Below are positions 23,806 through 38,700 of a stretch of DNA of 64,000 nt, in pieces (within the stretch, counting starts at the first letter, position 1; each line of letters begins with the position of its first letter). A program made the translations under genes and the position numbers. This DNA comes from Raillietiella orientalis. Lineage: Eukaryota. The notes beneath the pieces were generated by a model. The model saw only the letters and a list, made by a program, of their open reading frames with translations. It searched no databases and was not told the DNA's origin. The stretch spans positions 62,001 through 126,000 of the forward strand of contig JAYWIR010000097.1 of the NCBI GenBank assembly GCA_036172245.1. Reading direction: 5' to 3'.

Positions 23806-26800
23806 TAACGAATTACATACAAAGTATCCAATAATTTGCCAATTGTAAGCTGGAATTTTCAAAGAGAAATGAGACCTGTTGTTGATTGTTTAGAAGCAAT
23901 CTACGATCAATTTATTTTGCTTAAGAGATCTCCAAATTTAATGAAAGTAATCAATATCTGGGTCGAAAATTTATTTAACAAGATGACTGAGTTTTAAAAA
24001 AACCGTTAGTAAAAGTAGGCAAATTATTTTTAGCATAATTTAAAATCTTCCATGAAAATTGCACTCTCATCTACTAACAGTTCATGAGGAGCCTTTGCAA
24101 AATGAAAGAAAACGAAAATATCAGATATTCCAAAATCAAAACGCCACCTTTCTAAAGAATAGTCGATATTTGCGTTTCATCATTTTTGGTTCTCCTCGAT
24201 ACTTTTCTGAAACTCTGATTAATTTATACTAGTTTTGTTGCTTCATTTAGGATTCTAAAATGGAAAATGGCAGCAAAAACTAAGCTGAAATTGCGACTTC
24301 CATTTTTTTATTTTTTTTTTTGGAGATAGTTTTCTTCAAAAAAAAAAATGCTACAATACGAGGAAAATACTACAAAAGGAGGAAAAAATATAGGTAATAA
24401 ACAATTCGGTTGCAAGAGTTGGCACGAGTATTCCAATCTTCAGTTCAATCTTTCGATCACAGATACGTATCGGACCAACCACAGATTCAAATGAAGTGAT
24501 CTAAATGGAAACCAGAGAAGCAAATCAAAGTCAAGGTTGTCAACTTTCAAAACGGTCGACCTCTGAAAATGCCCTCGTTGGAAACCACCATTTGGTAGTA
24601 AAGGCTGACCTCGGATACATTACCTGAGGATACAGACAGAATTTCTGGACAACGGGAATGAACTCAAACTTCAGAGTGATTTACTTAGCAGTCACTAATA
24701 AGCACAATTAATGCAGATGTTGAATAAAATTGAAAATGTCAGTGAAGTGATCTGATATGCGAGGAATAATACCATTGGAGGACAAAATATTTTTCATGCT
24801 AGGAAGAGCAAATTTAAAGCTGGAAACTTTTGTGTTTTCCGCGTTCTAAACATTCTTGTTTGACAATGATTGAAGAAGAGGAATGGTTATAAAGATGTTT
24901 ATGCTCACTGTGGGACGCTAATATGATAGTGATCTTCGTCAATATGATGGTAATGGTGATTAAAGGGTGCTGATAATGGAGGAAATTTTCAGTGAAACCG
25001 CTGCTGTTACGATGCATGTTATTGCTCCATCAATTAAGGATGGACACCTGGTCTCCTGGAAGGTGGACACCTGTCATTAGAGTGGAAACAGACAAATGTG
25101 TGAAAAACATTGTACAACCACTAAAGGTCGTGAGAGATTCGCGGGAGAAATTCTTACGGACTGGAGATTTAACTGCACTAGTTTGCCTAGTCAGGTTACG
25201 AACCATAGGTGTTTTCTTATGGGCCAATGAGTGATGGTTTATCCGTTTGAATCGGCTTGAAATCTATCGTCAACAAGATTAAGATCTTTTAGCTTTCAAA
25301 ATGCTTTAAAATACAAAATTTTAGCTTTCAAATACAAAGTCATTAATGGTTGTTCAATGAGGGTCATAATTTTCAGCAAAACTGAGCTATTAAAAAATAA
25401 TCACCACATCACTTCATAAAACATACTAAGGAAAATTCAATTTCAGAAGAATGCTCCCTTAAGGGGTGAATTACTTCTTACGTTATTTTTTCTTGCTTAA
25501 CTTCTGACTTCTTAATTTTCTTAACAGCACGCCAGACATCGAGCTTTTGATCTTCAAGGGTCCCCCAAGAATATTGAAGATCGATCCAAGAGAAGTTAAT
25601 TTGCGTAGTGCAGGTATCGTATGCAACGGTAACTAATCTTCATGCAGAAATGGTTTCTCAAAACTAGCAGAATATAAGAAAGGGAAATTTCTGGAGCATT
25701 CACTATTTTGTGTTCAGGATAAATAGCTCATGAGGGGAGAGACTGTATTCTGTTGATTATTCTGGAACAAAAAATGTAACAAGATATTTTTAGATTCCAT
25801 TATTTAAGTGTATATATCTGCTTAAGTTGATATGAAATCCTATTATCCAATCTTCTAATCGGAGGGTTGAAAATTGAAAACTTGCAGAGTCGACAAAGAC
25901 CACGACCAAACAAAGGACAACCACTAACGGGAATGACATTTCAGAAGGAAGGAACATGAAGGTTATCTGTAGAAACACACATATATTGGAGGAAAAAAAA
26001 AGGAAATTTATGTTGTTTTGGAAATTATCTTGGTATGGACGAAATCATCCATAGTTCAAAGTGCTTCACATGAAAAGCTGAATTTTTGACAAGCAACAAG
26101 TGATACTGTATATCTCGTTTGCTCTCTCAAATCACAGTCATGCTCAGCAGAACTACGAAGATGCAATGAGGACCAAGACGAAAGAATTATTCATGAAATA
26201 TGAATCATTCTCGTACTTTTTTCTTTGTGAATGGAAAGAGATTTTGATGATAAAGGTTTTCAGTGTCCTTTCAGATATACAACTTTCAAATGGCTTTTGT
26301 TACTGGGGTTCTTATTGAAAGAATTGGGTTCCATCTATCTGTTCTATCTGTTCACATCTGTTAATCGCGTTGCAGATTTCATCGCCGAACTCTGCATTGA
26401 TATCTTCAGCTTATGTGAAAGTGTCCTCTAGCAGCCTTATTTTCCCATAAACTTATGCACTCTGACCAGTGGACGCCACTTAATCTCAGTTTTCTTTTTC
26501 GCATTGATTACCGTACTTTTCTACCGTAGGATATGTGTATTTTTCAAGGTTGAAATTCATGTTGCCATGGATGTTGCAATGTTTCCATTTGTCCGAAATG
26601 TGTACTTTTGTCAGTCTCTAGACACAAAGAGACTACTTATTCACCAAGTTCTCAGAGTGCATAAAGATCTTAGACGTGTAATGAGAAAGGACGTTCCAGT
26701 TTCGTTCCAGTTCCACCTCAGTTCACGTCCTTATTTGCAACAGTTGTATTGCAGCTCCAACAGACGCAGGCCTTCTCTTCCATGTGAACTTAGGATCGTT

Positions 26801-28084
26801 TTTTCTGAAACGTACACACTCCAAGAGTCCGGTGCCTGAGAGCAGCGAACTGCTTTCGACCTGCAGGCATTTATTTTCACTTCCGAAATTACTACGTCAA
26901 AGGATCTTTCGAGATGAGATGAATGGTTCCAATGAAGTGAACTGCTCTTCGTTTTCCTGCAGAAGTTGAGATACTTTCGTTCAACACTCATTCGAGAACA
27001 GTTGAACCATTTGACACTCAACACAGACACTCAAGGCAAAGTGCATTTGCTGCCGCGAAGCTTTGTTTGGGTTTATTGGATATTCTTTTTGTAGAAAAGA
27101 AAAGCATGCTTTCTAAAAGTGCATGGCTTTCTGAGATTTTTCCCAGGACTGTAGCCGCTTCCCTATTTAAGCGGATCTTCCAGGAACGCATGCAACTCAT
27201 TCATCCTTGCAAAATCCTGGAAGACACGTGCAACCTCGAATTTTTGGCTGAACAAATCTTTGTTTTTCAGATGGAAATTCTTCTTTATGTACTCTGCCAG
27301 CCTCCTCAATTCAACGGATCAGAAGAAATGGTATGTATTTTCTTCATTCAGCAAATTGGTGAGCTCATTTAGTGGAACTAAACAGGACTTGTAAATGTGG
27401 AGTCAGAAAGCGTGTCATACGATGCTGTTGCCCGCTTCCACCGAAGAGTTCATTTTGGCGTCTGTATTTATTCTGTTGAATTCATTTTACACTTTCCATT
27501 CTGGATAATTATGACGCAATTCTTCCTAACATGCCCCTTGTTGCTTTGGCTGTCCTTCATTACTAAGAAATATCCTCAGGCTGTGTGATTCATGCAGTGC
27601 CTGACTTTGAATTCTAAGAGGAAAGGAAAATCCATTGTCCTTCTCCTTTAGCTGATGAATTCACATTCTAGGAAGATGGAAGAGGACTTTTTTGAAACAC
27701 GCAACATGAGCTCAGAATATATGGTCTGGTCTATTCTAAGCAGTAATGATTTCTCTCAATCTTAGAACACAACAGAGAGAGAAAGATCCACTTAAATAGA
27801 TGGCCGGCAGCATTCTGACCCATGGATACCAAGCGTTCATCATCATCGATTGCTAAAATTTCTGTTCGGGTTCGGACAGAATTGGTGCGCACAGCCAGCA
27901 GCTGTGGGAGGACCCGGAACACTGAGAGAGTGGTCCCTAAGAAAAAAATGTTACGGTTAAATCTGGATAAGTTGATTAAAGCTGACCTCACCAGTTGGAT
28001 AAAGGGGCAAGCAGGCATCATTCTTCCATTTCTTTGGTCTCTCTCATTCTAGAAGGTGTCACTTGTTCTTGAATAGATCTTTAA

Positions 28085-28729
28085 CCCTTTTCGGTGCGAA
28101 GCTCGTCGGATGGAGACGTTGCGTGTCGGCGGCACGCGAGTCGCCGACACGGAACGCTTTTTCGCGTGCCGCGTGCTCCATCGAGGTACCCATTGACTAC
28201 TTAAAGTTTAAGGTCACTGTTGTAATTGTTTATTTACACCACACTAAATAAAATAGTTCCGTTTTTCCCAAGCATGATTTTTTTTTACTTTTGTATGTAT
28301 ATTTGGCTATTTTATTACGTATAACGCTTTTCACATCTTCGGAATCAGATGACGATTATTCTCTCACTTTCATCGTCGTATTCTCCATTCGGATCCGACG
28401 CTTCCCCTTCTCCATCCACTGTCGTCTCTTGTAATAATCTCTTCAAAATTATCCGGCATTTTTAAGATATCACAAAGATAAAGTATAATAAATTATATAC
28501 GAAGAAAAACCGAGAATACTTAGCCGATATAAATGAGATTTTGTTTTCTTTCGTTGTTAAGGAAACTGTGAGAACGTGAGTGCATGCGTCCATCTCAAAC
28601 GTGGATCGTGTTGACGTATGTCGCGTGTACAAGGTACAAAAAACATTTGCCAAACGCATATGTGGGTCCACAGTCCACACAGATAATTTTCGTCGGACGC
28701 ATCTACGCGCGTCCACAGCACCCGAAGGG
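28085..28729 (-). mobile_element. Non-autonomous piggyBac element, copy 1 (right-hand TTAA absent)
   Basis: TTAA at 28081-28084, then CCCTTTTCGGTGCG...CAGCACCCGAAGGG; near-identical to copies 2 and 3; followed by CTTCG instead of TTAA. Confidence 0.88.
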
Positions 28730-31700
28730 CTTCGTACAGAATAGAAACTTCGTACTGTGAAAAGGTGCTGAAGAAAAAAGAGACGGTAGGGTAGGTGCTA
28801 AGCAAAGAACGGAGAGAAGGAGAATCGATCAACCGTCGAATTCAGTCCTGGCACGGTCGGGTGTTCTTTCTTCAGAATGTTTGCAAGATGTTCTCATACT
28901 GAACAAAGCCAACGTTCCAACTACGTGCCAGCTCGGGTTTCTCTCATCGCCATTTGCTTTCCGGGGAAGAAAAAGAAATCATTACAATCACGGAATCGTT
29001 CTCCACTGATCGATACGATGATTGTTTCCAGAGTTTCGGCGACCTAAATAGCAAAAAGTAGTAGAGGAGGAAGAAGGACCATCAAACTCTGCTGATTGTA
29101 GGTCCACAGAACAAAGGGAAGCTTCTCTTTCATGCACAGTCGGAACTTACACCCTTCACAAGTCGCTCTCAGACTGTTCCTACAAACGAACGAATTCAGA
29201 CAAAGCGGCACGAACGAAGGTGGTCTTTTCGAATTGAGAGGAGTGAAGATTTTGCTCTCCTCTTCCTCCGAAGAGCATCAGATGAATCGTAGGCGAAGCT
29301 CTCGTGGGTGCCTTGGTAAGCACATACAGGGTAAGACGAAGCACATACAAAGAGAAGCAAATTCCTTTTCGAATGGCACTATGCCTTCTCTTGATACGCA
29401 TTCCGCGACCCTGGATCTTTCCTATCTTTTGCACGTTGTGAGAAATGTGAGTTGCGTTTTGTTTCGGAGAAGAGTCAGGAAACCCTCAAGCACCCTCGCC
29501 TTTGTTTGAACGTGGGCATCGTCTGACTGTAGCTTCTCGGCTGTCTTGAGAAACCTAAGTTTCGTCTCAATGAGACGTAGTAGGACCTTTGGCAGAGCCA
29601 ACCCTTTGGCAGGATATAGAACCACAGAGTTTCTGGTCAGGAAGGACAGACAAAATCTCTGCCTGCCGCTCGATGGTGAGGCAATCGTGAAACCATCAGG
29701 TCTTCCTCTGAGAACCTCCGAGGGTCCTGCAAGAACGATTTTCGTCCCCGAATGGGAGCTGGAAGCGAAGAGGTGGCAACATCATGGGCGGGCCGTCACA
29801 CAAACGAGCCACGGCGACAGCGGTACTTCGAAGGATTGGCGAAGTGGTAAGTCCCGTTTGTGACACTTGACACAGGAACCGGAAAGCGCTCGCTAGCCCT
29901 ATGAAGCACTCGGCGGTTTCCCCCACCCCTTTGGTCGCTGTTGCTGCCACTGCCAACCATCTGGAACAAATGCGATAATCGCAGGCTCCGTCACGGACGC
30001 TCCTCGCATTCCAACCGATCGTTGGAAAGTCATAAAGAGCATTTTTACCTTTGGAATGATCTGCAATGTCCAGTCAGAAACTGAGGATATGACTGCAGCT
30101 TGGATCTATGATGAGCCAGTCATGAAAACGTTTGTATTTCCTGCAGATCCGATCGAACCATCCCTTCATGGAAGGAGCTTGGAGCATGGAAGACGGCAAC
30201 ATCTTGCAGTTTTCCCAGAAAAGAACCTCAAGATATCCTTAAGATTCTTCAACGAACGCAACCCGACTGAGAACGGCGACTCCCTGAGAAAGTCGCTCCC
30301 ATTTTTGTCTTTTTTTTTTATTGTTTGGAATCTGAGGGGTGGAGGGCAGGCAGTGCTCACGATTCTTGGAGCGTGCAATCCTGCCTCCCCTTTCGCAAAC
30401 CGGGGAAGCAGTACCCTGACTGAATGGGCGTTTTTTTTCTCCTTTTTGTTTCCTCATGCAACGCTCTCGACTCGAGGAAAAGGTAATGATTTCCAACGGA
30501 GGAGGAAGATGACGGATTCGGAAGCATCCCCCATCTCTGCACCTCCCAGCAGCACGTTTCCGTTCAGCTTGGGATGCAGGGAGGAAAGAGTGCCGGAAGC
30601 TCCCGCGAGGAGGCGGCGCGACGGGATTGACGCTGCAGGGGGGTCCCCTCGTCGCGTCGCGAACGAGGAACGCTGGACAGGAGAGGGAGGGAAGAAGCTG
30701 TTGTCCGGCGACGCGAGTGATGAACGAGCGATCAGCACCTTCGTTTTCTGGCTGTGGCTCGTTCGTGACTGCTGGCAGTATCCTCGATGCCACCCGCCAG
30801 AGCTACGCTCCCAGCAATCAGCATCTGCTGCGTCGCAGTCCGATCCTCTCACGTCGCATCTGCGTGACAGTTCCATGGCTGTTAATGGCCAAAAGTCACG
30901 AGTCAGCGATTTCTACGACCGCACTCCTCCGTAGTTCTTCTCCACCTTGCTCGGAGATTGCTCCCATGAAGGGAACGCAATCGCAGTGATTAAAAAGGGT
31001 CGTATCTTGCCTGGGACGAATACGGAAGCTCTCTCTTGTAGAGGTAGGGAAGAGGGAGACTTTCCCGGCTTTGGCAGGAGGTCGTCCGGAACTTCAGGCC
31101 TTTGTGCCAAATAGGTCATTCCAACGACCGTGTGCGTGCTCGCCCAGTTGGGGCGCATCTCTTCTCCAAGCGCGCGCCGTTCCCGTTGAAGTCACCGCTT
31201 CGAATCCAACTCGCAGCTGCCTTCTGATGAAGACGCCACCGCCACAAAAACCCCTCCTTCCCTGCAGCCATTTTTACGTCCACTCTTTAGCACGTCACTC
31301 TGCACGGCGGAGCGGTAGGTGGATGGGAGAGATCCCAGCCTTCTTCTATGGCCGGGACCGATGGCTGATGCTGCTGTACATCTTCGAAGCCTCTCGCCTT
31401 TCCCCGTGGAGCTCCCAGCGTCCCCGCAGATCGATTCCCAGATGCCACCTGCACAGACTAAAAGCTGGAATTGGATAGACACGGTCGGACCACCACACAG
31501 GCAAGCGACGAAGGCAGCAGCTTTCTGGAGGATTGCCAATGGCATCGAAGACGTTCGCACAGGGACGAGTCGCACCTCGGGACACACTTACGACCGGAGC
31601 TCGATGCTCTCCCGTCACACGGCTCCTGAAGCCACAGAGGAAGCTGCCCCTGGACCATCTCCACGACAGCGGATATCTCAAAGGGCGATATCTCTCCCTC

Positions 31701-34700
31701 TCTTCTCGTACCGTGTGCCTCCATCTTGTTGATGCTTGACACGGAGGAGCAAAGGATTCGTCCGTCCTCGTCTGTGCACGCGCGCGCGCGTGGACGCCAT
31801 CCTTCAGAACCACATGGACGGAGCTCGGCCACGGCACGGAGGCACGCGAAATCCGCGCATGCACCAAACAGCGAATTCGCCCCGAGGGAGCGACCACGGC
31901 GATATGGGATTTCTCCGCACTTTCGCCAGGATCGCCTCGAAGGGTTCCTTCTCGATGCGAGCGTTCGCCCCTTTCCAGCGCCTTCCCGCGCTAGAAGCGG
32001 CATTCGCATCCCAAGGGAGCGCCCCCTTTCGCTCCCTCCTCCCCCCGTTAAAAGGACCCTCTCTCTCGGGTTCGCCTCTGGCTGCCTCGTGCTCGTGCGG
32101 AAGGTTGCTTCACCCGCTCTTCGACAAGTGGCGCCTCTCCCGGCAACTCTTCGAAGTCGAAACGGGCGTCGGAGGTGTCGTTCTTCGGGGGGGACCGGTG
32201 TCGCCCTCCCCCCTTCCCTTGAAGCCCGTGGAGGGAGGAGCGCGCGCGCAGAAGGGGGAAGGGAGGGACAATGCTCTGGAAGCAGCAGGCTGGGCAGCTG
32301 ACTTTCCTGACCTCACAGGCACCGGCACCCCTTTCACTCCCCAGCCTGCTCTCCCCTAGGTTTCACCCCCTCCCGAAAGTCGCGCGTTCCCAGCAAGGCC
32401 CGCCTCTCCCGGGAGAGGCGCGGGAGGGAGGTGGCGTTTTGATAGGTGGGCGGCGGCGCCTCCTGGATCCACGCGCCCCACCGGTGGGACGTCAGTTTTC
32501 CTTTCGCACGGGTCTGATCCTGGGAGGAGGGGACGCGCATCCCGAAGGTCCGTTGTCTCGTCCCTTTGGAACCACGTCTCCCTAACGCCCGGAGCAAGCC
32601 TCCCCTTCCTGGTCCGCAGCTCACTCGCTGCCACGTCCTGGACGATGGCTCCTCGTGCCTGCGGGAGATTCTGTCGGGAGTGAGTCGCGAGGATGCACGG
32701 CGGCGCTGCCCCTCGCCGTCCTCCGGAAGGAGCCGCCGCGCCTCGCGAATCTCGGCAGGATTCTCTCCACCGGAGGCAGGAAGACGGTCCCCTCGCTTCA
32801 AGAACGAGTCCGCTTCCTCCTTTCTCCCCCCCCCCTTCCCTCCCCCTCTGCGGCTTCCCCGGGACGGGTTCAAACCTGCCAATCAGAACGCAGGAATCGT
32901 CACGCAACGGGAAACCGCTGGGCCAATAGGAACGCGCGTTGCGCGGAAGAACAGCAGTTGCTTCCCGCTGAGGAGGGACCGGATGGGGAAGTGAGTGCTG
33001 GATGGTGTAGACAATGGCTGCGGACCGAGATCGAGAACGGAAGCGCCAACAGCTGCCGCTATGGGGCTGGCGCGCCGGCCCGGGCCTCTCTTTTTCCTAG
33101 CAGGGAAGGGACGGGGAGGTAAGGGCACCCTAGGGGTGCATCCCTAGGCGGGCCTCACGGCATCCAGGGACCGTTGGCGCCTCCCCCTGCGTCGGAGCAG
33201 GAGCGGAGGAGGAACGCCGCCACGCTGTGGTTTGGTCTGGCGTTCGTCCCGCAAGGCGGGCATCGGGCGTTTCTGGAATAGGAAACCGGGGTATCCCTAA
33301 AGTCACCCGGTTGCGAGGAGTAGGGGACGGACCTCTCGGGGGCGGACCTGATGGGGCAATCAGAGACCCCTTCTTCACGCCCTCGTGAGCAGCCTCCTGC
33401 GTGCCGCGCTCTTCCCCCCACTTCCTTTCTAATGGGAGGACTGCCTTGAGGAGCATGCCGGACGGTCAGACCAAACGGTGGGGGATGACCAGGGAGAGAG
33501 GCCGGACAAGAGTGGGGAATGGCAAGGGGATGCGCAACGCGAAAAGACCCCTCGTTCTCACCCACTGCATCACTAGCAACCCGGCCCCACTTCCCTTCCC
33601 GCCTGCTCCACCCCATTGTCCCTTCCACTCCCTCCCCTCCTCCCCCAGTCCGCCCCCGAGGCCTCCGATTCCCTGCCTCGATCAGCAGGGTGCCTTTCCA
33701 CCCTTTCTTCAAGTACAGTCAGCCCTAGGGACGAGAGGGCCGCCGTTCCAGAATGGCCTTGATCCTGTAGGTCCTTTTCCTTCTCTTCCCGCGGCTTCGA
33801 GTCCCATCCTGTCTTCCAGGAAGCAGGAGAACAGAGAAGGAAGTTGACCCGCGCCCGGATGGACCCACCTCCACTCACAGGCTGGGATTGTTCCCGCCTT
33901 CCTGTTCTCTCCCTTTCTCCCTCTTGGATCTTCCCGCGCTGGAGTGCTACTTCCTAGGGATCGTCTCCTGGATACGGGCTCACCCGCTTACTCCCGTTTC
34001 GACGGAGGTACGGGAAGAAGGCAGGGAGGAACCTTGAAGGAAGCAGGGGACGGAAGAGGGACGTCTAGGGGACAGGATGGGGGAGGGCGAAGCCCGGGAT
34101 CTGGGGAAGAATGGGTGCGAAGATGCGGGGAAAGACGAGTTCCGGAGACTGGAGAAGCTCAGGTCGGGAGCGCCGGGAGCTCTCGTGACGAATTCGGGGA
34201 ACGGGAGGTCCGCACTTCCTGAAAATCGGGATCCTCCGGCACCCTCATCCCTTGAGCGGACGCGTTCATCGGATGGGCGCCCTCGAAGGGAGCACTCCTA
34301 GAAGATTTTGTCCCCTTCCTTCACGGAGACGCGATCTGCCCCTTCCGGGGTTACGTCGGCGAGCGGGGATAGTCAAACTCGAGAGGGGAGCGGGGGTGGA
34401 TGGTAGCGGCTGACGGGGCCCAGGCTGCTGCTGGAACGGAGGGGCGGCGCGCACACGCTTGAGTGGGCCGGGAATCCCGCCCGCCGGAGGGATACGTCAG
34501 CGGCTTAGCGGGGGGACGGGGATTACCGAGACGCGATGTTAACGGATGAGAGGTTGGGGGGAGCGCGGACGGGACTCCCCGACCGCAAAGTGGGGAAGGG
34601 AAGGAGGGGAGAAGGAAGAGGGACACCGGCCGGCAGGGGACATCTCGGCATAGGAAAAGAGGGAGCTGGAGGTGTGCAGGGAACTCTCTTTCCTGAAAAG

Positions 34701-35104
34701 CGGCTTCCACTGCACCCCATACGTCCCTCTGCGTCCCTGAGGCACCCCTCCTCTCCTGAGGGAATAGCACGAGCCGGAGACGCGCGGCGAAGCGCCGCTG
34801 GAGCTTTTCCCAAAGGCGTCCCCACCCCTCGTGGCAATCGAGGGGAAGTGAAGGGAGGAGCGTCGACCCTGGGACGCCCCGAAGGGAGTACGGAGGGAAG
34901 AGGCGAAAAATCACGGAGCACTCCGGGAGCGGCGGAGGGCCGTTGCGAGGTTCCTTTTTCTCCGGGATCGGGAGGACGAGGAGGAGGAGCAGTTCCAAGT
35001 GGTTCCGAGGGACTCCGCCCTCTGCTGCTGCAGGCTTCCAGCGTCGCGAAGAAAGGGTCCTCGCGGACGCGGTGTTGGCTGTAAGGGTCGCGCCATTCGC
35101 TTAA

Positions 35105-35752
35105 CCCTTTTCGGTGCGGAGCTCGTCGGATGGAGACGTTGCGTGTCGGCGGCACGCGAGTCGCCGACACGGAACGCTTTTTGGAGTGCCGCGTGCTCCA
35201 TCGAGGTACCCATTGACTACTTAAAGTTTAAGGTCACTGTTGTAATTGTTTATTTACACCACACTAAATAAAATAGTTCCGTTTTTCCCAGACATGAATT
35301 TTTTTTTTTACTTTTGTATGTATATTTGGCTATTTTATTACGTATAACGCTTTTCACATCTTCGGAATCAGATGACGATTATTCTCTCACTTTCATCGTC
35401 GTATTCTCCATTCGGATCCGACTCTTCCCCTTCTCCATCCACTGTCGTCTCTTGTAATAATCTCTTCAAAATTATCCGGCATTTTTAAGATATCACAAAG
35501 ATAAAGTATAATAAATTATATACGAAGAAAAACCGAGAATACTTAGCCGATATAAATGAGATTTTGTTTTCTTTCGTTGTTAAGGAAACTGTGAGAACGT
35601 GAGTGCATGCGTCCATCTCAAACGTGGATCGTGTTGACGTATGTCGCGTGTACAAGGTACAAAAAACATTTGCCAAACGCATATGTGGGTCCACAGTCCA
35701 CGCAGATAATTTTCGTCGGACGCATCTACGCGCGTCCACAGCACCCGAAGGG
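35105..35752 (-). mobile_element. Non-autonomous piggyBac element, copy 2
   Basis: TTAA on both sides (35101-35104, 35753-35756), CCC...GGG termini, imperfect TIRs CCCTTTTCGGTGC / CCCTTCGGGTGC. Confidence 0.92.
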
Positions 35753-38700
35753 TTAAGAGTGATGACGCTACAGTTTCCATCTGAAGGGTGGGGAATTGTA
35801 GGACGGTCGGCTTCAGAAGTAGCTCTTGGGGGGCTTCCCTTTGCTCTGCCTTGTCATCTACATTAATCATGGATGCAGAGAGTCTCTCCCAGACTCCCTT
35901 CCCACTTGGAAAGAGGAGTCCCCAGTCCTCGGAACGACGACAGAAGGGACACACCCGCTTGCTCCCGAAGGAAAAATGTCTCCTGGAGGTCTGGGACATT
36001 TTTCCTCGCTGCTAACAGGAGAGAGAGCGGAGATCCTTCCGGGAACCGCCGCAGGGCGGGAGAGACCCCTTTCCAAAATTTTCGTGTCGACCAAGCAGAG
36101 TGTGAGTGAAGAGTGGGGGAGGAGGAACAGGGGGTGGATTTTGTCACTAGGGCAGGAACGGGGCGAACACTGGGCTCTGACATTCTGACAGCGATTTCGC
36201 TCCCTGTCAGAGATGAACGAAATCGCTGAGAGGGCGCGACGAGGACGCATCCCTGCAGGACCAGGAAGCCCAAGGGCTCTTCCGAAGGAAACGGGAGAAG
36301 GGTAGGCTCGAGCGCGGGAGCTCACCTGCCGTCCCGTTGCCGGAGCAACGCGGCTGAGAGACTAACTGAAGCGGCAGAGCGCCAAGATGCTCGTGGCGCC
36401 ACGAGGCGGAGAGAAGAGAAGGCGAAAAGGGTGGAGAGATCGGGAATGCGAGAGGCCATCCCCTGACGACGGAGTGGAAGGCGAGGAATGCTGCAGGGAA
36501 CTGCAGATGAAGGAAGGAAAGGAGTAGCGATCTAGAGAAGGAAATCCAGATCTGCGCTCAGGCACTGGTCGATGCCTTGGGGCATCGAGAAGAGGAGACG
36601 AGACAGTCCAGGGAGCCGGAAGTACATGCTAGAAGGAACGGTTACTGCCTCTCCAAATTTGGCATCATTATGGACAGCTTTCCTTGCGTTTATCAATGAA
36701 AGGGAGAAACGGATCCTACGGGGCAATTCCTCTTTTTCCTCGGCGGTCACAACCTCCGGTCATGTCGGTACCCATCCCTAAGGTGGCTGACAGCACGAAG
36801 GCCTCAGGATTCCCGATGCGGTCTTCTTGCAACGGGAACGGGACACGGGTAGTGGCACTCCTGCTTACTCTCCTTCCTCGTTCGTCGGCTCGTCCCTCTT
36901 CGTGATGATGAGCAACCGGTGCACTCTACCAGCTGCGCTTCCAGACCTGTCAGGTACTATTCAAATTGCACGTATCCACTGTACACTTTGAAACACATAA
37001 TCCTCAATGTGCAATCGATCTCCGATTCCCGTTGTAATTTTTCAATCATCATTACTTGATTTCTACTTCTAAATATGTGATTGGAATGCCTGTTCAGTGT
37101 GTGATTTCATGCATCACTTTCGGAGTGTGGTTTCGGGTCTGCTGTTTCTTGAAAAGCGCATCAAATATCCTGTGGAACCAGTCTTGTAGGGGGAGGTGAC
37201 TGAGGAGGTGGACTTGGAGCAGTGGATTCGCGTGGAGGCGATTGTAGCTGGTAGTCGCTTGCGTCCTTCGGAAGCCTCCCGTATTGCAGGAACGGAAAGA
37301 TCAGCTTGGAGCATCCCCCTCGGCTTCGGAGGAACCATCACCGTTTCCCTATCGATTCTCAGCGCGAAGTGTGGGATGGTCCGACCCGCCTTTCCCGCTA
37401 CTGAGCAGGGAAGAGAGAATCGCTAGGAGGAATCGCATGAGCTCCCAGGGAGACAACGTGGAAGAGGAAGAAAAGGAAGGTGAAAGAGTTAAAAAAGGGC
37501 AATGCCCAGCTTCCGTTGGGGTCGCACAGATAGCAGACTGATCCAGAGCGATAGGAGGAGGAGGGAGCGAAAAGGAAGAGGAGGAAAGAAAGAGGAGGAG
37601 GAGAAAGGAAGGAGAAAGACTATCTTGTCCATGACATGAACGGGAAACGGGTTGAATACGTCTTGGAGTGGTGAGGGATCTGTGGAGTGCGTAGGCACCG
37701 TCAGAGGGTATGAGAGGAACGGGAGGGTGCCTCGTTAAAGCGGCACCCACGCCTATTGACAGGCATCGAGAGGGGATGGACGGATTTCAGTGGCTCCGCA
37801 GCGGGTTTCGGAACCTTCCGATTACGATCCCGCGGCCTCTGGACCGGATCAGAGAGGCAGACCGCATTCCCCCAGAGGATTAGCGGATCAGTGACGTGTC
37901 GTCCTCTCGCGCGCGGGACAACGCTCGACTCCGGGCACGCCAGGATGAGCAAGCTTCTTCCCTCGTGCTCCTTTCCTAGAGAGTTCCCCTCGGGAGACGG
38001 GGCAAGCCCTTCCAGGGCGGGGAGCCACGGAGGGGTCAGGGAAACCTCCCTTTGGTAAGCTGCACGCGAACCCGAACTTATGTGTGTGACTCCCGCGGCG
38101 CTTTCAGGAGCAGCAGACATCTTCCCGCACGCCTGCGGATCGCGTCTCGGAAGTTCCGGTGGCGAAGTCGGGGAGCGCGAAATCGGGAGGAGGACGAGGA
38201 ATTTGAGAGGAGTGGATGAGCTTTGGAGCCCAAGTCCTCCGTGACCCAGAGCCTCTCTCTCACCTGCCTCCTTGACCAGCTCGGCGTCGCCGCTGTCTTC
38301 TCAAAGGTGCGCGTTGCGCTTTCTAGGAACGAGTCCGTCCGGGGAGGATTCTGAAGTGACCAGAGGGACACCCGGCGCTCACGCTCATTCACATGCAGCT
38401 GCGGCGCCTCCACAGAGGGTAGAGACGGTGCTCCCCATCATGCCGCTCAGAAGCGAAAGTACTCTCCTAGGGATGCTTGCGGCTGGGACTAACAGGGATT
38501 CCGGAAGCGATGCGAATGAGTTTCCTTTCCCCCGTCGCGCTCCCTTCTCCCGCCGTTCCAGAGACACTGCGAACTCCGGGAAGGGGCCCTGGCAACCCTG
38601 TTCTCGCAGTTCCATGGACACACTCTCAGGGAATTGTTCGCTTGCTAACAGCCTTTTCCATGTCCTCCGGTCTTCAAGCTGACCTTCTTCCTCGGCGTCC

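Noticed and set aside
28462..28716. 84-aa ORF MDARRCVRRK... seen three times
   Set aside because: It lies inside the piggyBac element. Its recurrence reflects DNA identity, not a gene.
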